From: Fonticula alba ATCC 38817
Lineage: Eukaryota > Protista > Nucleariida
Direction: 5' to 3' (one strand)
DNA: 64,000 nt
Assembly (NCBI GenBank): GCA_000388065.2
Contig: KB932204.1
How positions within the stretch are numbered: position 1 is the stretch's first letter; each line of letters starts with the position of its first letter. The position numbers were made by a program, and so were the translations under genes. The notes beneath the pieces were generated by a model that saw nothing but the letters and a program-made list of their open reading frames with translations, searched no databases and was not told the origin of the DNA. This document shows, piece by piece, positions 49,760-61,320 of this stretch.

Positions 49760-49812
<53 letters not shown>
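49760..49812. repeat. (CA)n microsatellite
   Basis: Seen directly. Similar (CA)n/(GT)n/(GA)n tracts occur at about 25234-25272, 32013-32060, 40960-41016 and 44730-44770. Confidence 0.9.
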
Positions 49813-49821
<9 letters not shown>

Positions 49822-50185
49822 ATCCCTTTTCTCTTTCCTGGCGGCCGCGATCGTTCTACCTGGCTGGGGCGGACAACACCATCCAGGTAAGTCTACCATC
49901 GGACGGACAATGCTGCCAGGTGCCAACGAATGCCCCCTTGCCCGCGAGGGACAGCCTGCTCGATCCGCCAGGATGATCGCACCGCCCGGGGGGGGGGGGC
50001 AAACTTTCCGCGGGCCAAAAGCTGGGTGACACATCCCACATACCATTGGCGTGTTTAGTTCACGCCTCCCCTCCCTTTTGCCCTACCACCCGCCCTCTGC
50101 CCCCTCCATCTGTGTCCCCTCCAGCCCTTGGTCGTCGGATCTCCCCCTTGCGCCTGAGCCATCCACCGAAAGCACGCGTGATCCC

Positions 50186-53100
50186 ATGTCCGGCGACGGC
50201 AAGCAGTTCGACGCCGGCGATGTGCGGGCCATCCATGCGACCAAGTTCATTCAGGCCCGCGCGACCGAGTCCGCCTGGTTCATCAATCGCCTGAATGCCC
50301 GGTGTGTTGCCTCAACATCCTGCTCCGCGCCCCGCATGCACACATACAGGGAATTTCCGCCCACACATATCCATGCATCTCTCCCTCCCTGCTCGTGCTC
50401 TTTTTTCTTCTCCCTCTCACCCTCTCCCTTGGCCATGTTGAATGTTGGCCACCCTCCCCCGGGCGGCCCAGTGCCAACACCATGCGCACCTTTCAATCGG
50501 TCCCTCGGCATATGCGCCGGCGGATGGCTTCCTACAATCCAAACCGACTGCCGCGGCGTCTGCGCATGGCGGCCGCGCTGGAGAATGAGCGCCATTTGAA
50601 ATCCGGCAGCGCGCCGCCCCAGCACGGAGTCGGCATGGCCAGCCGGCGCAAGCGCCGGCGTCCCACGCGTCTCGTATCCACGGAGTTTGCCCGACGCCAA
50701 GCGCGCACTGGACGCCAATGGCTTGAGACACATGTGTGGCATGCCAAACGCTTCCACCTGCATGATGCTTGGGGATGGCGCCTGCCGTTGCGGGCCACCG
50801 ACAAGGGCCTGCGCTTTGTGTGGCGGTCCTTCCGCTCGGCGGCCCTGATTCACGATGCCTCGTATCAGGCCCAGGTGGAGGTGCTGGCGCGACCGGGCAG
50901 GACCGGTGCCGATGTTGCACACGTGGAGGCCCTTTTGCGTCGTGCCTTCACACTGGTACAGCACCCCGCGGTGAAGGGCAACTTGGCGTCGGGTCGGGCC
51001 CTGACGAGTGGCCGCGTCACCGAGGGCCTGCTCTTTGCCCCTGGCACCGCTCCGTTTGTGCTGCTCGGCCCTGTGCGGATCCTTTGGCGCCCAGCAGACG
51101 ATGCGGAGCCCGGTCGGCGTGCATGGCTCTGGTGCCACCCCTCCATCGGGACTGCCGTGGCTCAGGCTCTCACTCGGGCCGGGCAGCAGGCGCTGGCTGA
51201 AGCCGAGTTTTCCGGCCTGGCTTTCAGTGCTCGGTTGCTGGCCGATCCGACTGTGATTGACTTGGCCCCCGATGCGTCTGCTGACAACTCGGAGAGTTTG
51301 TCACCCAATCACGAACGGACTGGTCTCCTGCGGGTGTATGGCCCACGCGGGCATGCTGCCCTGGCCCAGGTGTTGCGCGTGTGCGAGGAAGCCACGTCGG
51401 CCCCGGCGGCCGCGCTCTGGCGGCAGCTTGCCCAGTTGCCTTCGGTCAGGGGCCTGGTTCCGCCGGGGCTGGTCATTGCTTTGGGTATTCGTGATCCGCG
51501 ATTGGAGGCAACTGCCAGCCTGCGTCAGGGACGGCGCTCGGACCCAATCGCCGATTCGGTTGTCTCCTTGCAGAATGCCACGGCATTGCAGGCTGCTCTG
51601 GTGCGCATTGGGGCACCTTCTGTCCTTCCTCCCCACCCATCTTCCCGGATTGCTCCCCTTGCCTTTCCCCCTGCTCGAACTAACTCAAAAGCCCAGTCCA
51701 CCCCTTCGGCCGAATTGGCCCGATCAAATCTGTGGGATGAGGGCACGCGGGTTCGCCTCTCGAGTGGCCGGCTGCCGGAGCGCACGGTGCAGCAGATGCG
51801 CGGCGGGTGTTTCGGCTCTGCCGTGCCCGCCGGGCACCCGGACGAGCCGTCGCCAATCCCCGTGTTCCTCGTGTCTCGAGTGGTCGGAAGTGGATCAACC
51901 GGCTCTGCCCCTTGTGTTCCGGGTGCCGGGACCGGGGTGGCTGATGATGGCTGGGATGTGATCTTCCCGTGGGGGTATGCTCGAGATCTTCTTCGGGCGC
52001 TGGTTTTCGCCGGGGCCCGAGCCATTGGTGCGTGTGCTGTGGCTGGCTGTCGGCCGGGGGTCGGGCACTTCCCCCGCGCGACAAGGATGCGCCCATGCTG
52101 CATTATTTCTGACCCTCCCTGTCCAAGCAGGTACCCTCGATCTGGAGAGCCACTTCTTTGAGGAGGGCTACGCCAGCTTCCCGCGCGACGATGTGGACGC
52201 CCTGAGTTTCGATTCCTTTGATGACTTCCATGCGGAGGTGGCGCACGATCGCTATACCCTGCGTCCTGCTGCCAAGCGCCCGGCATTCGCCAACCTGGGC
52301 CTTCGATCCCAGGAGGTGGTCTACCCGCGCGACTTGGCTGGATTGCTCACAGGCCAGCAGGCGTGTCTTGGCTCTGAGCCGGAGGATGCCGAGGGGCCCC
52401 AAGCGTGGCCTTTTGCCTTGCCGGTGTGCCGAATGGCCGGCGACCGGCTGGGGCTTTTCCTCCTGCGCTCGGCCGCCGAGCGTCAGGCCGTCAGTCGAGC
52501 GGTCAAGCGCGTCAGGTCCGAAAGTGCCATGGTCTCGAATCAGGCAACTCGCTTGGGCACGTCACTCGCCATCCTGCCTGGGGTTCTGCAGGAGGAGGTG
52601 GCCCGGGCAGTTGGTCGACCTGGGCTCCATGGTAGTCCGATGATTTCTTGCTGGTTCACCATGGTATGTGTACATCTTCCCCTGTGTTCCCCGCTGCCGC
52701 TTGCCCTGGCCGCGTGCGCCAGCCTCCTGACTCTGGTGCCTCTCTCTCTCTCTCGCTCTCTCTCTCGCTCTCTCTCTCTCTCGCTCTCGCTCTCGCTCTC
52801 GGTCTCTCCCCCCACCCCCTGTGCAGCACTCTCGCGGGTCGCCCGAGCGTGGGGCCGAGATTTTGCTTTTGCCCGCCCCTCTGCGTGATGCCCTGAATGC
52901 CATGGGTGCAGTGGCTGGGGCACCCGTTGAGCGTCGCCACTTGCGTGTGGCCGTGCGCCTGCTGCCGGCTCCCTTCGCCGATGGCGGGAACAATCCGGAC
53001 TTGCCATGCCGCTTGCCGGTCCTCGGCTATGCCACCACGGCCGGCTACTCCTACTCAGCCGGCCGCGGGCGAGGAGTGGCTTTGGTATCAGCCTTGGCGG

Positions 53101-53243
53101 CTGCATCGGCTGTCTGCCTCTCGGAGCAGTCTGGCGCCGGGCCGCTGGCTGTGGATGTGCTCCTGCGTCTGCCCTCTTCGCAGTACTACCACCGCGCTAC
53201 GCTGCATCTGGATGCGCTTTCGGCCCCGGCCCCGGCGCATTGA
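50186..53243 (+). CDS. POP1: RNase P/MRP protein subunit POP1, 4 exons
   Basis: KFIQARATE; RTFQSVPRHMRRRMASYN; WLETHVWHAKRFHL...WGWRLP; IHDASY; POPLD-type GWDVIFPWG...FPRD; C-terminal VLGYATTAGYSYSAGRGRG. Confidence 0.93.
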
Positions 53244-53634
53244 GTTCCTTGCTCCGGATCAATGGCTACGGCCTCCTCTTTTTGTTTGATCTCTCTCTCT
53301 CTCTCTCCCCTTCGAGTCGACGGCACCCTCCGCATGATGCGCATGCCGATCAGCGGACGGGCCGGTTATGGCTCCATCCAGCACCAATAGAATCATGTCC
53401 ATGAGCTCTTCCCTGTGTCTGGGACACCATGCTTGAGATGGCTTGACTGGCATGAGGATGTGCTTTCGGTCGGGTGGGGGCCCAAAGGTCAAGAGCAAGG
53501 CCCCAAAAGCCAGGGGGGCACGAAAGCCGGAAGGACTCTTGCACCGGAGCTGCGCATCCAGACAGCCGGGGTCCCTTTTGTCCGGTCGCTCGAACGGGGG
53601 TGAATTTCTAGCGAATGTGCTACCTGACTCCCAT

Positions 53635-53708
53635 GGCCGCGTAGCTCAATTGGATAGAGCACCTGACTACGGATCAGGAGGTTGTGTGTTCGAGCCGCAT
53701 CGTGGTCA
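53635..53708 (+). tRNA. tRNA-Arg(ACG)
   Basis: GGCCGCG/CGTGGTC acceptor stem, D arm GCTC-AATTGGATA-GAGC, anticodon arm CCTGA-CTACGGA-TCAGG, TTCGA T loop. Confidence 0.93.
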
Positions 53709-53714
53709 AATTAC

Positions 53715-53720
53715 TTTTTT
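53715..53720 (+). terminator. RNA polymerase III T-run terminator of tRNA-Arg
   Basis: TTTTTT 6 nt after the discriminator base. Confidence 0.75.
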
Positions 53721-53760
53721 CTGCCCTTTGTCCAAAAGCGAAGTGCAGGAAGCAAAATAT

Positions 53761-53833
53761 TTCCCATACCGGGACTCGAACCCGGGTCTCGTGGGTGAGA
53801 GCCACGTATCCTAACCACCTAGACTATATGGGA
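53761..53833 (-). tRNA. tRNA-Glu(CTC)
   Basis: Reverse complement TCCCATA...TATGGGA-A; anticodon arm CGTGG-CTCTCAC-CCACG; T arm CCGGG-TTCGAGT-CCCGG. Convergent with tRNA-Arg, 52 bp apart. Confidence 0.95.
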
Positions 53834-55159
53834 CGTGTTAATCATATGCTCGGTAAATCAGCTGAAGATATTTTGCTCTGGAAGGCGACTCACCGGGGCT
53901 GAGTCAGGGCGGAGGTTTCTCGCCCCCCCCCCCCCCCGGACGCCACACACCCAGCCGCGGGCATGCAAGAAAGCACGCACGCACGCACGCACGAAACCCC
54001 CTACGCCTGGGAGCATTAGTAAGACAACAAAAATAAAAAGCCCGAGCACGTTGAAAGCAAAGGGGACCAGGAAGAATAAGGACCAAACACTCGCCCAGCA
54101 GTTGGCAGGGACCGCCCTAGCCAGGAGCTTCGCCCTCCCTCACTCATGGATGTGGAGTTATCCCGGAAACGCCCCACACCCACCTGCGATGTCGATCAAC
54201 TGATATGTCCAGCGCAGTCACCCCTGCCGAGAACATTCGTCCTTTCGGGCTGTTGCTCACTGCCACCGAGCCACGTCTGAGCGTTGCCTGCATGCAAAGT
54301 GCGCATCCGGGCGGTGTGGCCGCGCCCGGCGCCTGTTCCCGGCCCTGCCTTGTCGTGCCCGGGTTTCCCAATCTCCAGTTGCTCCCTGGCCCCTCCCCCC
54401 GACCCCGGTTCTCTCTGTCGAGATTTCACCGGGCCGAAAAAAACACATGTCGGGCTGGCTAACGAGCGGTTCAACCCGCCGCCGGCGGGGCGCACCGTCG
54501 GGTGTTATTTTCCTCATGAAACCCCTTTCCCGCCCTCCCCCCATCTGGCAGTGCTCCTCTCGCTGGTTCCGCTTGTGGAGTTCCACGGCGGCGCCGGGGA
54601 CCAGGCCGCTTCGGGCTGGGGCCGGAGGGGACCGTAAGACGCGGTGAAGGACTCAAGAGGGGATATCCCAAGCGGGCTCTTCCGCCCCCCCCCGCCCCGC
54701 CCCACGGAAGAGGAGCCGCCCACGGCTATTGCGCACCAGCCGCGGGCTGCCGCACACGATAGCTCACATCCCCTCCGCCAGTCCTTCCAAACGAAACGAA
54801 CCCTGGCCTCGGGCCTGGGCCTGGGACAGGGGCACAGGGGAGGGGGGGTGGGGGGGGGGAACAAGCACCGCCGTCCGGACTTTCACATGCCCCGGAACAA
54901 TACCCCCCCCGGAATTGGGCCGGATGACTGGACACGGAGCCGGGGGGGGGGGGGGGGGGGGGGGGGGGTGGCGACGTAGGGGCAAGGCGGCCTCCCCTCC
55001 CCCGCCCCGCTCACATCCTTGCGCCCTATTCGACGAGAATGAGCCCGCGCCTTAAAGAGATCAGGCCTCCCCCTCGCTTCGCTCGCGCTGGCGTCCACCC
55101 AGAGACGCCTCCCTCCCCCCTCCTTCTCCCCTCCCCCTCTTTCCTCTCTCCGTCCCGCC

Positions 55160-56624
55160 ATGTCCACCCTTGGCCGCAATCTCTTCATCGTCGCCGCCAA
55201 GCGCACCCCCTTCGGCACCTTCGGTGGTGCCCTGCGTGACCTGACCGCCACCGACCTGGCAGTGCACGCCTCCAAGGCCACCCTGGCCTCGAAGAACATC
55301 GACCCGTCGATCGTGGATTCCGTGGTCTTCGGCAACGTCGCGCAGACCAGCTCCGATGCCATCTACCTGTCGCGCCATGTCGCCCTGCGGTCGGACTGCC
55401 GCGTCGACAGCCAGGCCCTGACCGTTAACCGCCTGTGCGGCTCGGGCCTGCAGGCTGTGGCCACCGCCGCGCAGGAGATCCTCACCGGCGAGGCTGAGGT
55501 GGTACGTCCATGTCTCCGAATGAGTGGCGGCGTGTGTGGGAGGGACGAGCGGCCATGCGGGCGCCAGACAGTCGGCCACCGGCCGGCACAAACGCCTCAA
55601 CCTGCCGACATATATCTAACCCTCCCTGTGTCTCTTTCGTCATAGGTTCTGGCTGGTGGCACTGAGTCGATGTCCCAGGCCCCCTTCGTTGCCCGCGGCA
55701 TCCGCTTCGGTGTCAACCTCGGCACCAACCCCGCCCTTGAGGACTACCTTTGGACTGCTCTGACTGACAACTACATCAAGGTGCGCCGGCGGTGGCATTA
55801 GCCAAACCCCCTGCCCTGTGCGCGCTCCGCCCAGAATGGCGCCCAGTACTTACGCGCCCTCTCTCTCTCTCTCTCTCGCACACACACACGCACACACAAA
55901 GACCCCGATGGCCATCACTGCTGAGAACCTCGCCGTCAAGTATGGCATCACCCGCGAGGAGGTCGACAACTACGCCCTTCAGTCGCAGCACCGCTGGGGT
56001 GCCGCCCATGAGGCTGGCATCTTCGCCGACGAGCTGACCCCCATCGAGTACAAGAGCAAGCGCGAGGTCAAGACCCTGGACTTCGATGAGCACCCCCGGC
56101 CCAGCACCACGATTGAGGGTCTGAAGAAGCTGAAGCCCGTCTTCAAGGCCGATGGCATTGTTACTGCCGGTGGTGCTTCCGGCATCAGCGACGGCGCTTC
56201 GGCCCTCATTGTGGCCAGCGAGGAGGCTGTCAAGAAGCACGGCCTCACCCCGCTGGCTCGCATCGCCGGCTGGCAGTCGGTCGGTGTCGACCCCAACATC
56301 ATGGGTATCGGCCCCTGCCCCTCGATCACCCGCCTTCTGGCTCGGACTGGCGTGACCCTGGACCAGATTGGTCAGATTGAGATCAACGAGGCCTTCGCCG
56401 CTCAGGTTCTGGCCTGTGCCAAGGAGCTTGGTCTGGATGCCAACCGCCTGAACATCAACGGTGGTGCGATTGCCCTGGGACACCCTCTCGGTGCCAGTGG
56501 CGCTCGCATTCTTGGCCACCTGGCTCACCAGCTGGCCAACGGCAAGAACTCCTCCTCGTATGCCCTTGGCTCGGCCTGCATCGGTGGTGGCCAGGGTATC
56601 GCCGTTCTGCTGGAGCGCGCCTAA
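55160..56624 (+). CDS. ACAA2: 3-ketoacyl-CoA thiolase, mitochondrial ACAA2 type, 3 exons
   Basis: FIVAAKRTPFGTFGG; GNVAQTSSDAIYLSRH; TVNRLCGSG (catalytic Cys); GGTESMSQAP; MAITAENLA; EINEAFA; NINGGAIALGHPLGASGARI; GSACIGGGQGIA. Confidence 0.95.
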
Positions 56625-57078
56625 ACGCCCCACATGCTTGCCAAGCTGTCGGCTCATTTCCCTCTTCTCCCCCCTCCCCCCTTCCCTTCCCTCGCCCCAC
56701 ACGAAAGGAAGGTTATAATGCGAGGGGGGGGAGGGAGAGGAGCTGCCTCTCTTTTCACCCAAGAAAGAGAGGGACTTGTATTTCCGACTACACATTACAC
56801 TGTTAAAAAGAGCAACAACAAAAAAAAAGAAACATTGTCCCCCTCCCCACTCACCCGAGGAAGAAGGAGATCCGGACATCAAGTTGGAAAGTACATTTGT
56901 CGGTTTATTTTTTGTTTTTGTCCTCCAAAAAGGGAGGCGGATGACTTTGCGGGAGGAAGCATTAAAGGCCCCCATCCCCAGTGGAGGGGGAAGGGAGCTG
57001 GCGAGGAGGATGGAACAGAGGGCAAGCAAATGGGGCGGAGGAAGGAGGGAGAGGGAAGCGGGCCTGGGAGTACATCCC

Positions 57079-59254
57079 TTAGTGAACCTCCTCGAGGGAC
57101 TGGAGAGCGGCCTCCCAGCGCTCAAGGTCCTTCTCGAAAGTCTGGACATAGAGCGCAGCGTAGTCAATCAGGATATCGACCATGTCCTGGGCTGTGGGGA
57201 GAATGGTGACAGTGGCGACAGGTCAGAAGGACGGGGGAAAGAGCAAGGAAAGGGGGGAGGGGTAAATTGCGCACCCTTGGTCGCGGAGTAGGACTCATAC
57301 TCACGCAGGATAGCCTCCTCGGTGGCGTGCAGGGCGTTGTTGCGCTTCTCGATGGCCTCGTCGAACTACGTGGGGGGGGGGGGGGGGGCGGGGTCAGATT
57401 TGAGAAACTCGCGGAAGGGGAGGGGCAAAATCAAAGGGGAAGAGGCATGACGCACGTCCTGGATCTCCTTGGAAAGCTGCTCCTTCTGCTGGCTGCGCGC
57501 CTGATCCGAATTGGAAGACACCAGGCGGGAAATGCTCGAGAAAGCCCCGCCAATGGAGTTCCAGCTGCCCTTGTCCTGCGCGGAAGAGACAAGGCAGAGC
57601 AGAGACAAGCAGTCAAGGGGGGGGAGGAGGGGTTCGAATCAGTAGGCTGGGGAGCGAGGGAAGGCGAAAGGGGAAGGCGGGAAGAAGGAGAGACCCGGCC
57701 GAAAAAGGACGAGCGGATACGTACCGGGTCATCGAGGGCGGCCAGGTGGTTCTCGCGCGCGGTGCGGCTGGCGATGACACTCTCCAGAACCGCGGCACGC
57801 TGGGCGTGGTACTTCAGCACACGGTCCACCTGCGGGGGGAACTGCGCGCGCTCGGCGATACCACCATCGAGAGCCCGGCGCGTCAGCTCGCGGCTCAGAT
57901 AGCTGGCCGACAGGAGGGACTGGTCGGTGGCCACGCCGAGATCGTGCAGAGCCTGCGCAAGGGCGCCGGTCTCAATGGCAGCCATGCTACGCAGCACAAG
58001 AGTCAGCTCGCCATGGTCGTTGGAGATGCCTGCAGCAAAATGAGTAATGTCCAAGGGGATACGTAGACAAGACAGGAGGGAGGACAGGGGAGGGGATGAA
58101 AGATGAGCGGGACGGAAAGTCGGGAAAGGGAGAGGTATGTAGAGAGAGAGAGAGAGAGGAGGGGGGAGGTGAAAGAAAGGAAGAGACTATTCAGGGAGGG
58201 AAGGGCGCACTCTGCTGACGGTTGACAATCTGCTGGAGAGCGCGCTCCAGGGCGGCAATCTGCTCGCCGAACTTGTTGTTGGAGTGCGCCACCTGGGCAA
58301 AGCGACCCTCGATCTTCTTGCCGGTGATGCTCATGTTGCCGATGTTGATGCTGAAAATGCCGGTGCCGATGTCCTTCTTGTCCTCGGCCTCCTGCTGGTT
58401 GCGGGCCTCTTGCTGGTTGCGACGCTCGGCCTCAAGGATGTCGAGCTGAGACAGGAGAAGAGGGTGAGTGGTGGTCAGAGGCAAAGGGAGAGCCAAGAAC
58501 AAAGAGAGAACATACCCAAGCAGGGGAAGAAAGGAAGGCATGGAAGACAGGGTTCGAGGCCAGGACGGGGTGATGTGCAATACGGTTGAGGAACGCCGAG
58601 AACTGCACGCAGCGCTTCTCCACCACCGGGGACTTGTCGTCAACCTTGGAGACTGAAATCCAAGGAAAGGAGGACAATGCAGGTGAGTGGCTGGTGACAG
58701 GGCAGGAAGGAGAGGACAGGGGGGGGGAGGGGGGGGGGGAGGGGGAGGGGAAGATGGTGGTGAAAGTCGAGGAGGATGACTGATCAGTGAACGGCAGTAC
58801 CCTTGCTGAGCATCTCCTTGCCGGGGATCGGCGGGATGATGACGGTAGGGTACAGAAGGCAGAGGATGTTGTGCAGGGCCTCGAAGTCGGAATAGCGCCG
58901 ACGGATGCAGTGGGACTGGATGGATGTGATGCGATGTGATCCAGGGGGGGGGGAGGGATGTGCACAGGGGGGGATTGATTGTGTGAGATGGGGGGTGGAC
59001 GGCTTGAGCACGGGAGGGAGGAGCAGAGGGGGCAGGGCCAGGAGCGAACCTCAATCTTGACAGCATACGAAATGTATGCGGACTTCCCCTGCGAGGTGCG
59101 CGGGTCGGTCACCTGGATCATATGCTTCCCATGGTAGAGGAGCTCTTCGATGTTATTGGAATAGGTCTGAAGACGGGGGAACAGGGTCAGCAGGGGGACA
59201 ATCCACAAGAGGCCAAAGGAAGCGGAGAGGGCGAGTGGCACGGACGCCTTCCAT
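57079..59254 (-). CDS. PX-BAR sorting nexin (multi-exon)
   Basis: MEG|TYSNN...IQVTDPRTSQGKSAYISYAV; IRRRYSDFEALHNIL...PTVIIPPIPGKE; EKRCVQFSAFLNRIAHHPVL...FHAFLS (PX). Followed by helical BAR-like exons ending DILIDYAALYVQTFEKDLERWE...*. Start exon inferred. Confidence 0.88.
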
Positions 59255-59682
59255 TGTTACCAAGTGTCCGGGATGTCGGGGGAGAGAGAGAGAGGAAGAG
59301 AGAGAGAGAGGGAGAGGGAGAGGTGGCGAGGAGAGGGGGAGAGGGGGCAGGAAATGGGGAGCGCGTAAAAGGGGGGGGGGAGGGGGATGGGGAGGGCTTG
59401 GCTGGAGAGGGGTCAACAGGTTGTGCCAGTTGGATGGCCCTTGGACTTGGGGAGATCACTTTAGGGATGTGGGCACCGATGGTGGGGGATGTCAGCACAC
59501 AAAGGGAGACACACGCACTCACGCGAAGGAAGGAAGACCTTCCGCGGGACTGGGGTGCATGGGCCTCCCTCAACTGGCGAGGCCCGTTGGAAACCCACTG
59601 ACGGCAAAAAGAAAACAAACAACCATCCCTCTTTGAGAGCAAGAGGCAGCCCTCTTGTCGGTGTGAGATGGAGGACCCATCG

Positions 59683-60980
59683 TCAGGCGCGCGCCCGTGC
59701 TGACCTCCCCACCTCGGTGGCACACTCGGCCCAATGCACCGCGGGGTCTGGGGAGCACCCCCACCGAAAGAGTCCCCCGCGCTGGGCAGCCNNNNNNNNN
59801 NNNNNNNNNNNNNNNNNNNNNNNNNNNNNNNNNNNNNNNNNNNNNNNNNNNNNNNNNNNNNNNNNNNNNNNNNNNNNNNNNNNNNNNNNNNNNNNNNNGG
59901 GCGAAACACAAGGGCGGCCGGGCTGATTGAAGCATGTGCTGAAAATCCCACCCGACGTCAGGGCTGGGGGGGGGGGAGGGGGAGCACAGGAGTCGAAGGT
60001 GAGGCCCAACAGGCGCCCGTGAAAATGGAGTTCCACCCTCCGAGACGAGGCACCCACCACAAAGCAGGTCCTCCAGTCATCGCGGTCCGGCCTGGCCGGG
60101 GCGAGACCGCCTCCTGCGAGATGGACAAAGCCACATGGATGCAGCAGTGGAAAAGCCACATCCGGCAGGGCACCAAGTCGGGACAGGTCGGCGGCAGGGG
60201 AGATCAACTGCCACCGGCTCCCGGGCAGCTGGGGGAATATCCTCGCTGCCGAAACCAAAGCCCAAAGGCAGGCCGAAGGGGGCCAGGTACGGGAGTGGGA
60301 GCGAGAGCGGGGAGAGGGGGGGGGGGCCGGGGGCAAACCGCCTCAGGGCCCAGCAGGCCGCGAATGTTGGATTAAGGCCCCGGGGGATTAACCCGCACAA
60401 TCGCGGCTGGCGCCAGGCCAGGACGGAAATCCGGCGACGCCTTCGTGTGCTTCGAGCAATTTTCGGCTTGCTGATAGCCCCGTTGGATTCCCCGCCCCAG
60501 GGCCACCGAGGGAACAAAGTCCTTAATTGGACCGTGCATATCCGGAATCCGTTGGCACATGCCGGGTCGTCACCCCAGGCGACGATCCAACGACGATCAC
60601 CCGCCGCCGCTGGCCCTGTTGGGTTTGTTCACCGCCCATTCGCAAGGGAGGGCGAGCGGGTCCGGGGCGCCTTGTTGCCAGTTCCTTCGGCGAAACTTAG
60701 GCAACGCATTGCTCCGTGGAAACCGTTGCCGTTGTTGAAATACACATACCAAGCCCGTTTGCGGGCCAGGCGCAACGCCGCCCGTCCTTCAACCTCCCTC
60801 CCCCCTCAGGCACAGGGGACGGGGAAGGATTGAACCGCTGGCCACAGGCAGTTGCCACCACCCCCGGGCGCTCTCCCAGACCCCAGGAGGGGAAGATCGA
60901 ACCCCACCCTCCCTCTCCTCCGTGAGCATTTTTCGGCTCGTCTTGATCCCCTCCCCCCTGCCAGCGACACGGCACAGCAT
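59683..60980 (-). CDS. Fragmentary WD40-like coding region, possibly APC4 N-terminus-like
   Basis: ISVLAWRQP and FVVGASSRRVELHFHG are protein-like beta-propeller motifs but lie in different frames, between two gaps. Confidence 0.3.
59792..59898. other. Assembly gap (N run)
   Basis: Run of N. Confidence 0.99.
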
Positions 60981-61036
60981 CTTCCCCCCCCCCTTCTGCC
61001 CTATTCACAGCGTGTCCCCCGCGCCCCCCCCCCCTG

Positions 61037-61257
61037 NNNNNNNNNNNNNNNNNNNNNNNNNNNNNNNNNNNNNNNNNNNNNNNNNNNNNNNNNNNNNNNN
61101 NNNNNNNNNNNNNNNNNNNNNNNNNNNNNNNNNNNNNNNNNNNNNNNNNNNNNNNNNNNNNNNNNNNNNNNNNNNNNNNNNNNNNNNNNNNNNNNNNNNN
61201 NNNNNNNNNNNNNNNNNNNNNNNNNNNNNNNNNNNNNNNNNNNNNNNNNNNNNNNNN
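61037..61257. other. Assembly gap (N run)
   Basis: Run of N flanked by poly-C. Confidence 0.99.
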
Positions 61258-61320
61258 CCCCCCCCGCCCCCACTGTGGCCAGCCGGCATCCACCCGCCAA
61301 GGAAGAACACACACGCAGAC

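Noticed and set aside
49883-49892. Reverse complement reads ACTTACCTGG, like the U1 snRNA 5' end
   Set aside because: No U1 stem-loop I (GATCAC loop) or Sm site follows; better explained as a plus-strand CAG|GTAAGT donor upstream of POP1.
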